Source: Deltaproteobacteria bacterium
GTDB lineage: Bacteria > Bdellovibrionota_B > Oligoflexia > Oligoflexales > Bog-1112
DNA: 35,260 bases
Direction of reading: 5' to 3'
Assembly: GCA_003136475.1 (NCBI GenBank)
Contig: PLEQ01000307.1
Span: 1 to 35,260, forward strand
Shown one piece after another: positions 6,968 through 15,554 of the stretch. The translations under genes and the position numbers were made by a program. The notes under the pieces are model-generated. The model was not told where the DNA came from. It saw only the letters and a program-made list of their open reading frames with translations, and ran no database searches. Position 1 is the stretch's first letter, and each line of letters begins with the position of its first letter.

Positions 6968-6996
6968 ACTATATATGAATAATAGGGATAGGTCAA
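6968..6996 (-). promoter_or_regulatory. Sigma70-like promoter directly abutting the deaminase ATG
   Basis: The minus strand reads TTGACC (6996-6991), 17 nt, TATAGT (6973-6968), cactag, then ATG (6961). There is no SD. Confidence 0.35.
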
Positions 6997-7865
6997 CTCT
7001 TATTTTTTTCATTGGCGACGTATTTAAATGCACTTCCAACAGTAATTAACCATTCTTTTTCTTTAAAATCGTGCTCTTCTAAGAATTTAGGGCTTAATAG
7101 TTCGATTGTCTGATCTTCAGTAAATCCGGCCAAGGCAAAATCTACAGCCAGTGCAAACCAGGTTTGATTCCGACCGTTCCTAAATGTTATGCCACTACTC
7201 ATCATTCGTTTGGCCCATCCTGAAAGCCTGCTATAATCGGCTTCTCCATTATAGGGCTTTCTTTGTTTAGGCATAGGTCTTAATTGGGGCCATTGATTTA
7301 GCCACTTATAGAAGTCTTCTAATTTGATTCTTCCTTTTAGGCTTATGAGTCTCTGCTTCTTTCCTGGTTCTCGATATGCTCCAGGAATTCTAACCGAACG
7401 ACTAGGGTTTTTACAGTTTTGATCGCAAAACGTTAATATTTTAAGTGCCCAAAGATACAGATGGCGGTAGGTCTTTTCGTCTGGCAATTCTTTGTCTTCC
7501 AGTACAGTTACAGCATGTACTGACTTATTACCGGAAAATACTTGAGCAGAAATTGGAAGGCCAGTTTTTTTGAAAGAATTTAGCTGTTCTTGAATTGAAC
7601 CAGTATCGCATTCCCATAAGAACGTCCGAAACTTAGACACATTAGAGTCTTTTCTGAATCCTTCGATAGGATTTATAGACACCAAAATGAGTTCTGAAGA
7701 ATCACATTGTGTTACAGAAAAATCATTTGTGGATAGTAGTGAAATCTGTCCGGATAGAGCTTTTTCTAAAGGAATAGAATGGTATGCAAATTGGTTATTG
7801 CTTACAGAGATATTCTCTCCAGGATCGAAGAGAAGTTTCAATAATGATTCACCGGTAGAATCCAT
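6993..7865 (-). CDS. Archaeo-eukaryotic primase (prim-pol)-like protein with a PriCT-like C-terminus
   Basis: FLWECD (acidic motif), SGNKSVHA (sGxxxH motif), SRSVRIPGAYR and C-terminal RNQTWFALAVDFALAGFTEDQTIELL. The track start at 7922 is a TTG inside the upstream gene, whereas the ATG at 7865 follows that gene's stop. Confidence 0.45.
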   Translation of the reverse strand: MDSTGESLLKLLFDPGENISVSNNQFAYHSIPLEKALSGQISLLSTNDFSVTQCDSSELILVSINPIEGFRKDSNVSKFRTFLWECDTGSIQEQLNSFKKTGLPISAQVFSGNKSVHAVTVLEDKELPDEKTYRHLYLWALKILTFCDQNCKNPSRSVRIPGAYREPGKKQRLISLKGRIKLEDFYKWLNQWPQLRPMPKQRKPYNGEADYSRLSGWAKRMMSSGITFRNGRNQTWFALAVDFALAGFTEDQTIELLSPKFLEEHDFKEKEWLITVGSAFKYVANEKNKS

Positions 7866-7869
7866 ATGT

Positions 7870-8280
7870 CTATAGTTTGGTCCAAAGCTGGGCGGTCCAC
7901 TGCCATTCCTTAGGCTCAACAACTTTTCCGTTATATACGTAATAGTGTGTTAGCGGAAGAGTATTTTTCTCCAACATTTGACGTATCCTTGGATGGTCAT
8001 TTAATTTTGCTATATAGGCTAAAGCCAGTTCATTTTCTGTAGGATGGGTCCTTTTTAGGGTAGCCTTTTTACCCAATTCCTTGCATTCCCATCCTGGGAG
8101 ACGCCTTAGCTCCTCAAGACCCGTCATTAGCCAGTACCAGAAGCCTTCTACGGTCCTAAAACGACCATAATCAGGGTGATGAAAGGGCGTATCGGCAAAG
8201 TTCGACAGAAGTCGTCCTAGAGGCGTCTTACCCTTGGAATAAACGTTGATATGGTCTATTCCATCCATTTCAGGATTCAT
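7870..8280 (-). CDS. Conserved phage protein, possibly NADAR/YbiA-like
   Basis: INVYSKGKTPLGRLLSNFADTPFHHPDYGRFRTVEGFWYWL resembles the NADAR core (..Y....LSNF....F...G..F.S.E). The similarity is weak and judged by eye only. Confidence 0.35.
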   Translation of the reverse strand: MNPEMDGIDHINVYSKGKTPLGRLLSNFADTPFHHPDYGRFRTVEGFWYWLMTGLEELRRLPGWECKELGKKATLKRTHPTENELALAYIAKLNDHPRIRQMLEKNTLPLTHYYVYNGKVVEPKEWQWTAQLWTKL

Positions 8281-8587
8281 TTAGTCCTAGCTTTTCGGTT
8301 TCTTGGGCAAGATCATCAAGAGCCTTATTGGCGACCCTCTTTTGGCGTTCATCAAGCTCATCTTGCATAAGCTTACGGACTTCTTCTACGGAATACCGTT
8401 TCTTAACATGTTTGGTATCCGTAAAAGTCTTCTTGAGGAGATTTCCATTGGCTCCAGGAACCATAACTTCACGTTCTCGCTGATATGGCTCAGCAACGCC
8501 TTTATTAACAAGCTTTTGCCACTTTGACGTAGTTCCAAAAACTTTTTTCGACATTTCATTCAATTCTTCACGGGCCTTACGATCCAT
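8270..8587 (-). CDS. Hypothetical protein
   Basis: The ATG at 8587 is preceded by AGGAG 8 nt upstream. The track start at 8617 is a TTG. Confidence 0.5.
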   Translation of the reverse strand: MDRKAREELNEMSKKVFGTTSKWQKLVNKGVAEPYQREREVMVPGANGNLLKKTFTDTKHVKKRYSVEEVRKLMQDELDERQKRVANKALDDLAQETEKLGLNES

Positions 8588-8888
8588 TTTCAATTCTCCT
8601 GGGTTGTACAGATTCAATTATTAAAAGTGCGTTTTCTAGACTATCTTCGTCTGGATTACTTATTACCTTCCTTAAGGCTATCTCTAATTTATCGGCCTTG
8701 CAACTATAAAAATCTTTAGTTTTGCCTAGGTACTCATTGCTGTCAGTTAAGTATTTGACATAATTCTCTAAACTCTCATTATCCTCTAATAAAGATTCTA
8801 ATGCTTTGACCGGGACCGATACACTTTGGAACATACTTGTTCTATCTAGTTCCGAATATGACTTGTCTAGCCAACCTTCATATTTCAT
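8577..8888 (-). CDS. Hypothetical acidic protein
   Basis: ATG start with an ATGA overlap on the helicase stop. Confidence 0.5.
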   Translation of the reverse strand: MKYEGWLDKSYSELDRTSMFQSVSVPVKALESLLEDNESLENYVKYLTDSNEYLGKTKDFYSCKADKLEIALRKVISNPDEDSLENALLIIESVQPRRIENGS

Positions 8889-10027
8889 TCGTTTTCCTTT
8901 TTCTTGTCTTTATGGATTCCTACTTTTTTGTCATTTTCTTCTTCCAAATTCTTGATTACTCTATCCCGTATACTTTCTTGGAAAGCGGCTGAATATGGCA
9001 CGAACTTTCCCCTATCGAATCCTGTATAAATAAATTCCCCTACGGCTTCATTAAATCGACTCTTCCACACAAACCATTTGCTTCTGTACAGCTTTCGTTC
9101 TGGGATAAGCTCACAGATAAAAGTGGCTTTATCGCAAATTGTTTTACTGCCCTTTAACCTAACATTGAAAGGGGTGCTATCATCTTCATCTACACGCTTT
9201 TTCATTTGGGCCATAACTACTATGGCTCCGGGATATTGAAGTTTCATTAAATCCAAGAAACTAGAGAGTTTTGCTTGAACTTCCCAATCTAATAGTTTCG
9301 GGTTTATTTTTGAACGTTTAACGTTTTGGTAATAGTCAATAATAACTGTGTCATAAGTATGACCGTCTCTCAATAGATTATTGAAAATCGTTTCAATACC
9401 CTCTATTGTAGTAGTCCATCCAGATACTCCTTCATAAGTATCTCCAATAATGGTTAAACGACCCTCTTCAGCCCATATGGGAATATAGTTATTGAAGGTC
9501 TCTCTTTGCTCGTCAGTAAACTTGTTGTGATTGATATAGGCTAAGCCCGTATATAAACAGGTAATTCGATTGTAGAAGTCTTCAGGAGCTTCTTCGTTGG
9601 ATAGAACTAAAACTCTTCCCTTTTTGCCAGTAGCCGGATTAATTCTATTAATGGTGTCGTAGATTATGTTTGCTACGGTTGTGGATTTTCCGTCGCCTGT
9701 ATCTCCAGCTATTAGAATTAAATTTTTTCGAAAGTAAGGTACCAACTTATCAAATTCCTCGTTTATAAAAAGCATGGAATTTTTAGCGGATCTCATGTAC
9801 TCGTCATTTGATGCTACCATTGCTTGAATGGTCTCTTGGCTCATCGGTCCAAAATTGATTTTTTTTGCCTTCTCAAGTTCGGTATTGTTTTGAACTAGTT
9901 CCTTAAGATCTCTATCAACCCTATGTTCTTTAAGGAATAAGTCCTTCTCTTGGAATTCTTCTTTCCTTCTCTGAAGATCTTTGTCTTTTTCAATCTCGGC
10001 TTCGATTTTTTCTAGAATGTCGCTCAT
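8885..10027 (-). CDS. Replicative DNA helicase, DnaB C-terminal/RecA-fold type
   Basis: Walker A LILIAGDTGDGKSTT, Walker B VIIDYYQ and a later MAQMKKR segment. At 380 aa it lacks a long DnaB N-terminal domain. Confidence 0.7.
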   Translation of the reverse strand: MSDILEKIEAEIEKDKDLQRRKEEFQEKDLFLKEHRVDRDLKELVQNNTELEKAKKINFGPMSQETIQAMVASNDEYMRSAKNSMLFINEEFDKLVPYFRKNLILIAGDTGDGKSTTVANIIYDTINRINPATGKKGRVLVLSNEEAPEDFYNRITCLYTGLAYINHNKFTDEQRETFNNYIPIWAEEGRLTIIGDTYEGVSGWTTTIEGIETIFNNLLRDGHTYDTVIIDYYQNVKRSKINPKLLDWEVQAKLSSFLDLMKLQYPGAIVVMAQMKKRVDEDDSTPFNVRLKGSKTICDKATFICELIPERKLYRSKWFVWKSRFNEAVGEFIYTGFDRGKFVPYSAAFQESIRDRVIKNLEEENDKKVGIHKDKKKENE

Positions 10028-10566
10028 TTCTTTTTTTCTTTCAGCATCTTATCGACAGCGGCCAATTTTGCAAATAACTCTTCGTCTAGTGCGGGCATCA
10101 CTCTACCAAAAGGCTCGATTTTGATACGACCTTTGGGATTAAAAATATCTTCTAAAATTTCTTCCTTGTCATTTTCCGATTTCTTATCAATATCATCAGA
10201 CTCTGGAATATTATCTTTTTCCGGCTCTACATACTGAGAAATTACAACGTCTGAAAATTTATCTACAATGCTCGTCCATTGTCTACGGACGATGTCTTTG
10301 GAGATTTTTAAATCCTTGTCTGTCATATTAACAATCAAATCTGGCCAACATTCGTCTATGATTTTTTTTAATACTGCAGGGGATGATATTTCTATCTTAG
10401 AATATCCTAAATCAATCATGGTTTGAAATAAGTCTTTAAAATTTTTAAGGCGTTGTCCATCCATGGGGATACCGATGAATTCAGTTCCACCACGACCCTT
10501 CATTTCTACACCAATTTTGTTTTTCCAGATTTCTACAAGCCTAAGGATGGATGGCCTTTCGCTCAT
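10024..10566 (-). CDS. Hypothetical protein
   Basis: The ATG at 10566 (MSERPSIL) is preceded by GGAG 6 nt upstream and lies 1 nt after the upstream stop. The track start at 10578 is a TTG. Confidence 0.5.
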   Translation of the reverse strand: MSERPSILRLVEIWKNKIGVEMKGRGGTEFIGIPMDGQRLKNFKDLFQTMIDLGYSKIEISSPAVLKKIIDECWPDLIVNMTDKDLKISKDIVRRQWTSIVDKFSDVVISQYVEPEKDNIPESDDIDKKSENDKEEILEDIFNPKGRIKIEPFGRVMPALDEELFAKLAAVDKMLKEKKK

Positions 10567-10567
10567 A

Positions 10568-11470
10568 TCATTCTCCAAGAGACCTTAATAGCTTTTTAGC
10601 TGTCTGAATTTCTTCTTGATACGACTTTCGTTTCTTATTTTTCGAAATAAACTTCTTTAAGGTCATAACTTTACGAGCTTTTGATTTTTTATAAAATAGT
10701 ATGTCAAAACTCTTCATTTCTTCTATTTCGTAAGCCTTATCTGGACTTAAATTGTGTGCATTCTCATAAGGATCATATCCTGAACTTACAATATCTTCAA
10801 GATCTAAATCTCTATTGTCTGAAATAATTGCAATATACCAAAGATCGCCAAATTTGAACATAGTGGCATCACTGTTAACATTGGCTTTTTTGCGTATTGA
10901 TTTAAAAACTGAGAAATCCACTTTTTTATACCCCAACTTTTCATAATCCGACAGCAGCTTCCTTGGTTCTTTAAGTGGCTTTCCAGGGCCAGAAAAGACC
11001 TGGTACTCATCAGAAGATTTTCCCTTTACATTACGACATTTCTGTCTGCATACTCTTACCAAATCTTCCATCCTTTGTTTAAAGAACATGGTAAAATTAG
11101 CCTTATTTTTTTGATCAAAATCTACTTGAGTAGCCTCTTTATAATTATACCTTAAAAAATTCTCAGAAAATACTTTCTTTTTTTCGTCCATTCTTTCTAG
11201 TGTATATAAGCCTAGAAATGATACTAAATGAACTCTTCCTATGTTAAGGATGTCTTCCTGATACATACCAACAGCCTTGAATAGGTTGTAATAGGTATAA
11301 AATGTACTATTTGTATGGTTTTCTACAATGCCCATATAGGGCTGCATTTCTTCTTGGGAAGGATTAAATTTGGCTCTTCGAAAGTACTGATGACGAAGAA
11401 AACAAAGTTCAAAATCGTCCTTAGTATTGATCTTAAATTCACTTGCTGCTGGTCTATGAACTTCAATCAT
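10568..11470 (-). CDS. Hypothetical protein
   Basis: 300-aa ORF with an ATG start. No motif recognised. Confidence 0.55.
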   Translation of the reverse strand: MIEVHRPAASEFKINTKDDFELCFLRHQYFRRAKFNPSQEEMQPYMGIVENHTNSTFYTYYNLFKAVGMYQEDILNIGRVHLVSFLGLYTLERMDEKKKVFSENFLRYNYKEATQVDFDQKNKANFTMFFKQRMEDLVRVCRQKCRNVKGKSSDEYQVFSGPGKPLKEPRKLLSDYEKLGYKKVDFSVFKSIRKKANVNSDATMFKFGDLWYIAIISDNRDLDLEDIVSSGYDPYENAHNLSPDKAYEIEEMKSFDILFYKKSKARKVMTLKKFISKNKKRKSYQEEIQTAKKLLRSLGE

Positions 11471-11556
11471 TTTGTTCCCACATTCTGTCCAGGAAGTCTT
11501 AATTTCTTAATCAGGTCCCAATTATCTCTTAATGCTTGAATTCGGCAGACACTCAT
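11467..11556 (-). CDS. Possible 29-aa micro-ORF
   Basis: I translated it by hand as MSVCRIQALRDNWDLIKKLRLPGQNVGTK*. GGAG lies 7 nt upstream, and its stop overlaps the next ATG (ATGA). Confidence 0.3.
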   Translation of the reverse strand: MSVCRIQALRDNWDLIKKLRLPGQNVGTK

Positions 11557-11632
11557 TCTAGTTCTCCAAGGACAACAGTCGCAAGGAGGGTGCTTCCACA
11601 TTCTTATATTTACGAAGTACCATTTTTTTAGT

Positions 11633-12190
11633 TTACTTATCATCTGTGTCCATTACCTGTTTAACAATATCGTCTTCGGCTTTGTCATCACAAGAAATAA
11701 ACTTATAATTTATAGGATATTCATCTAAAAAATTTAAAATTTTAGCGTCATATTCTTTTGCAGTGGACTCGTCTTGATACCGACCAACTGGATTATAAGG
11801 TTTTGTACGGAGCAAAAAGAAATGATCAACTTTGTATCCCAGATCTTTACATATCATGTGGTGCTGCTTTACAATTGCTTTACAGGCTGCTCCCTCACGT
11901 TCATATTTATCGTAAATATTGCCATAAAAAGTTGTGAGAGCTAAGGGGCTGTCTGTAACAATCACGTCCATATTTTTACGCATGTAAATTACTTCTTTAC
12001 GAGCCTGTTTTGCTGTAATGTAAACTTGATCTCCAGCTATAATTTCTCGACCTTCCCAAACCCAATCCTTAATGTATTCACGATTCATTTCTACATTTAG
12101 GCCTAAAATTTTAAATTTCTTAAATAGGCCTGAGCAAGTCGTACTTTTGCCAGCTCCTGGACCACCCCACAAACAAACGATCTTTTTCAT
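11633..12190 (-). CDS. P-loop NTPase, nucleoside/nucleotide kinase-like
   Basis: N-terminal Walker A LWGGPGAGKSTT at residue 7 and a DSPL segment. The size is typical of a kinase (185 aa). Confidence 0.6.
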   Translation of the reverse strand: MKKIVCLWGGPGAGKSTTCSGLFKKFKILGLNVEMNREYIKDWVWEGREIIAGDQVYITAKQARKEVIYMRKNMDVIVTDSPLALTTFYGNIYDKYEREGAACKAIVKQHHMICKDLGYKVDHFFLLRTKPYNPVGRYQDESTAKEYDAKILNFLDEYPINYKFISCDDKAEDDIVKQVMDTDDK

Positions 12191-12369
12191 GTGAATCCCT
12201 CTGATAATAACTTAACACGATTTTTCCCACTTGTATAGGTCGCAATTGCAACTTCGCCAAGTTTTGCTTCGGATTGACCAAATCTATTTTCTATGAGTAA
12301 ATCTATTTGGCAATTTCCATATTTGAAATAAGCTTTGAATAGAATCCAAAGTAATCGTGAGATTTTCAT
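12187..12369 (-). CDS. Hypothetical small protein
   Basis: ATG start with AAGGA 5 nt upstream. Its stop overlaps the kinase ATG. Confidence 0.4.
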   Translation of the reverse strand: MKISRLLWILFKAYFKYGNCQIDLLIENRFGQSEAKLGEVAIATYTSGKNRVKLLSEGFT

Positions 12370-12667
12370 ATTGGTCCTTGAAGTGGTCGAGAGTGACGTA
12401 CTTGCACCGTCTTATAGCTTCCTTGTCCTAGAGGCGCGACCTCTAGCCATTACTATATATGGTAACTCTCGAATTTGTTGGCGGGTGAGGCGCCACCCTC
12501 ACTCTGGCGTACTAACGGAATCTATATTTCAGAGTTATACCCTAAGTAGTTCCGAATTTCCCCAGCCTTACTAGATAGACACGTCTATCGTGGTCGTTCA
12601 GGATTTCACTGACAGCGTTATGACTCCAATATTGTCACCACAGGCTTCTCGTGCTGCCGCCAAACTT
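12370..12667. other. 298-nt ORF-free, GC-enriched, hairpin-dense intergenic island. Could be a structured RNA, an origin or a regulatory region. Identity unknown.
   Basis: This is the longest noncoding gap in the window. Hairpins are ctagagg/cctctag (12428-12446), gtgagg/cctcac (12485-12502) with a competing gggtg/caccc pairing, and gataga/tctatc (12574-12589). An AT core, attactatatatggtaa, sits between them. Confidence 0.4.
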
Positions 12668-12949
12668 TTAACAATTGACTTTAACATTACCGGTATCTAT
12701 TTTGCCCATAGCATCGGCAAGATCTTTAATGGCCTTGTCTCTATAACTATGAACGTCACTTAATTTATCTTGATGGGCTTTATCTCCATGAGAGGGATCA
12801 ATTTCATGCTTAAAAACCATCGCTAAGTGATTTTTGATGCATTGAATTTGTTCTGAATTTAGGTTAGGAGACCATTCTGCGGGACGTGGCTGATTTTGCC
12901 CAATTTCAAAATATCCCTGTAACCAGTAACAAAAATCCCTGGAGGTCAT
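12668..12949 (-). CDS. Hypothetical protein
   Basis: ATG start with an ATGA overlap on the recombinase stop. Confidence 0.5.
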   Translation of the reverse strand: MTSRDFCYWLQGYFEIGQNQPRPAEWSPNLNSEQIQCIKNHLAMVFKHEIDPSHGDKAHQDKLSDVHSYRDKAIKDLADAMGKIDTGNVKVNC

Positions 12950-13848
12950 AATTCGCCCCTTAGGCTTTTCTGATATTTCTCAAGATCTTCGGCGGTCTCA
13001 AGGATACCAATATCTACTACATTAACATCCTTGACGATCGTACGACCATGGAAATGGCCTTTGTGAACCGTGAACCTGGTTACTCGACCAATCTGTTGTT
13101 TTTCACCAAGAACTGTACGTTCAATTTTGGCCCCTTGTTTGGTCTTGAGAATCAGTGTTGACATAAAAGAAAGCTCTTCGCCGCCCTTAATGATCAATTC
13201 TGGTTGTTCGTATTTGGTCTTGGGATTTGTCATATAGTAATGGTTAATAAATACGCAAGCAACTTCTGACTTATCAATAGATTGACGAAGCCTACGAACA
13301 TTCTTATTATTCAATTTAGCTTCAAGAGCAAAGTGCGCGTCTCCAGACTCACCTTCAAGCATAGATTCAGGAACGCTTGCAGCAACTGAGTCCCAAACCA
13401 TCATGATTGGGTTCTTAAAACCCTCTTCACGAAGGGTCTGAACTTCAGCCAAAATCTTTTCAATTGCATCCCAGGCTTCTTCTAAGGTGTCTGTAGGAGT
13501 AACCAATACTTCCTTTGGTTTACCCCCCATTAGAGCGAGACGACTCATAGAAAATTTATGCTCAGAATCGATTAAAAACACCACTCCACCAAGTTTTTGA
13601 CAGCTTACGATACCTTCCATAGCAAGAGTGGATTTTCCAGAGTCTGGCTTGCCAATGATCTGTGTAATGTGGCCGCAAGGAAATCCGTCTCCACCAGTAC
13701 CAAGCTTAAAGAATGGTTTGAGGGGGATCCATGACCTAACTTGTAAAAGGCTGTCTCCTTCTGCAAAGGTCTTAATCAACTCCTTACCGGCATTATCGTT
13801 CAAACGATTCCTAATCCTATCTATCAAAGATACTTCTTCTTTAGCCAT
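12946..13848 (-). CDS. RecA-family recombinase (RecA/UvsX-like)
   Basis: Walker A IIGKPDSGKSTLA, Walker B IMMVWDSVAA, and a RecA-like core length. Confidence 0.75.
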   Translation of the reverse strand: MAKEEVSLIDRIRNRLNDNAGKELIKTFAEGDSLLQVRSWIPLKPFFKLGTGGDGFPCGHITQIIGKPDSGKSTLAMEGIVSCQKLGGVVFLIDSEHKFSMSRLALMGGKPKEVLVTPTDTLEEAWDAIEKILAEVQTLREEGFKNPIMMVWDSVAASVPESMLEGESGDAHFALEAKLNNKNVRRLRQSIDKSEVACVFINHYYMTNPKTKYEQPELIIKGGEELSFMSTLILKTKQGAKIERTVLGEKQQIGRVTRFTVHKGHFHGRTIVKDVNVVDIGILETAEDLEKYQKSLRGEL

Positions 13849-13850
13849 AT

Positions 13851-14228
13851 TTAAGACACTTCTTTCCTACGATCACTGTTGAGCTGAATTAACATGTCCT
13901 TTTTAGCCTTCATAGAATCTACCGCTCCACTCCAAGTTGTGGCGTCGTGTTCTGTTCGGATCACTCTTCGTTGAGCTGTCATAACAGTTGGATCGGTATC
14001 AATTTCGGCTTCAAGGCTTTTTTCGGTATGTTTTACTTTGAGATCACTTTTTATTCGTTTGTATGCCTCTGCTTTGGTTTCTTTTAGAATGGCTTTTGCC
14101 ATATCTCTTTCTGATTCTACTTTGGCCTTATGTTGATAATAACGATAAAGCTTTACAGAAAGATTTCTAATTTCAGAAGATAAATTGTTAATATCAATAG
14201 ATAAATCTACTTCCGGATTTAGTTCCAT
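13851..14228 (-). CDS. Hypothetical helical protein. Possibly a UvsY-like recombination mediator, judged by position only.
   Basis: 125 aa, lying between the recombinase and the SSB. No diagnostic motif. Confidence 0.35.
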   Translation of the reverse strand: MELNPEVDLSIDINNLSSEIRNLSVKLYRYYQHKAKVESERDMAKAILKETKAEAYKRIKSDLKVKHTEKSLEAEIDTDPTVMTAQRRVIRTEHDATTWSGAVDSMKAKKDMLIQLNSDRRKEVS

Positions 14229-14240
14229 ACATTATCCCAA

Positions 14241-15344
14241 TTATGCAGATGTTTTAATGCCGGCAATACGAAAGAATTCCTCATCGCTCAGTTCTCCATC
14301 CGTAGTCGCAGTAGCTGTAGCACTCTGAACAGTCACTGGAGGGGTTCCTACAGGTGCCGTAATAGCATTATTCGGTGTTGCTGGACCGGTAGTGCTAGTT
14401 ACAGAAGTAGCAGTGGTCGTTGGAGCAGTATCGTCGTTATCATTATCGTCGTCAGCGTACTGTTCTGGTTCAACTTGAGACTTCTTGGCGGTACGCTCAG
14501 CCTTCCAACGAGCATCAAAAATACGATCACAAGCAGGACTCTTACCGCTCATGAGATCCACTTCAGCTACGATCTGAGCACATTCCTCAGAAGTAACCTT
14601 AGAATGGATATTGTTCAGATCATATCCTTCAACCTCAAGTTTGGCTAGGATCTCTGGAGTGATAACATGAACTAGATCCTTATCAACCTTCCCATGGCCC
14701 GGAACATCGATTTTTTCCTTGTAAATTTCCACATCAAAAGTGGTATCCTTACCAGTATTACTCCTGGTCATGATGAAAAAACGACCATTATTGAATGAAA
14801 GTGGATCAAAGCCAAGTTCGTTTGGGGCTCCCTTACGGATCTTATCGATTTTGGCCTTGAGACTTAGAAAAGCCTTATAGCGAAGCTGAAGCTCTCCGAT
14901 TTGGCCGTCTAAAAGGACCACATTCATGTGTTGGTTATTGTTCGTATTGTAAACGCCCTTCTGTCCAACAAGTTGGTTTAACTTACTTTGAACTGCAGAA
15001 TTGCCAGAAATACGAGCCTCTTCAAGCTTAGCCTTCAGATTATTAATGAAATCAGTAGCAGCGCAAGGAACTTCTACAACTTTATTTTTCTTAACAAGTG
15101 GGCTCTCATATACACGGAGTTTGCCTTCCGTGTTCTTGAATCCAAAAATGGTTGAAATATATCGATGCCAAGTTCCGTCAAAGGGAGTATTATTGTATTC
15201 TACGCTACCATATTTATATCCCTTTGGTTGCGGTAGAACGCGAAAAACAAGCGTGTTCGTATCCTTATTGAATCCAAAGTGCTTCTTCTTGACAAATTGT
15301 GTATTTCCGCCGTAATTTGGTGCCCAGTCATTATTATTGCTCAT
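14241..15344 (-). CDS. Single-stranded DNA-binding protein, T4 gp32-like
   Basis: TLVFRVLPQ resembles VIRFLPS of gp32, and LRYKAFLSLKAKIDKI resembles FKYRFGKKIWDKI. It has an acidic stretch, a T/P/A-rich linker and a ...SDEEFF tail. AAGGAAA SD. Confidence 0.55.
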   Translation of the reverse strand: MSNNNDWAPNYGGNTQFVKKKHFGFNKDTNTLVFRVLPQPKGYKYGSVEYNNTPFDGTWHRYISTIFGFKNTEGKLRVYESPLVKKNKVVEVPCAATDFINNLKAKLEEARISGNSAVQSKLNQLVGQKGVYNTNNNQHMNVVLLDGQIGELQLRYKAFLSLKAKIDKIRKGAPNELGFDPLSFNNGRFFIMTRSNTGKDTTFDVEIYKEKIDVPGHGKVDKDLVHVITPEILAKLEVEGYDLNNIHSKVTSEECAQIVAEVDLMSGKSPACDRIFDARWKAERTAKKSQVEPEQYADDDNDNDDTAPTTTATSVTSTTGPATPNNAITAPVGTPPVTVQSATATATTDGELSDEEFFRIAGIKTSA

Positions 15345-15361
15345 ATTATTTTCCTTTATAT

Positions 15362-15553
15362 TTATTTAGATACATCTACGAATACTTTTTTCGCTCTATT
15401 CAACAATTTTTCTGCTTTGCTTGATCCTTCTATTTCATAGGTTAGCAGAAATAATTCCTTAAACAAGTCCCAAGTTCTTTGAGTTTCTTTGTCCAAAGAC
15501 TTACGGATGGTACTAATTTCCTTTTTTGACTGTTTTAAGGTTTTTGTACTCAT
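15362..15553 (-). CDS. Hypothetical small protein
   Basis: The ATG at 15553 (MSTKTLKQ) lies 1 nt after the upstream stop. The longer track start would overlap by 50 nt. Confidence 0.4.
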   Translation of the reverse strand: MSTKTLKQSKKEISTIRKSLDKETQRTWDLFKELFLLTYEIEGSSKAEKLLNRAKKVFVDVSK

Positions 15554-15554
15554 C

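Noticed and set aside
12335-12574. 79-aa plus-strand ORF inside the GC-rich intergenic island
   Set aside because: It is on the opposite strand to every neighbouring gene and has no SD. Its sequence is odd (…RICWRVRRHPHSGV…). It is most likely a chance ORF in GC-rich non-coding DNA.
12187-12949. Group I or II intron splitting one gene into the 93-aa and 60-aa ORFs
   Set aside because: The two flanking ORFs have their own stop and their own SD plus ATG. I could not find conserved intron core elements, and the flanking products do not resemble halves of any known protein. An isolated tactaac on the plus strand is not evidence.
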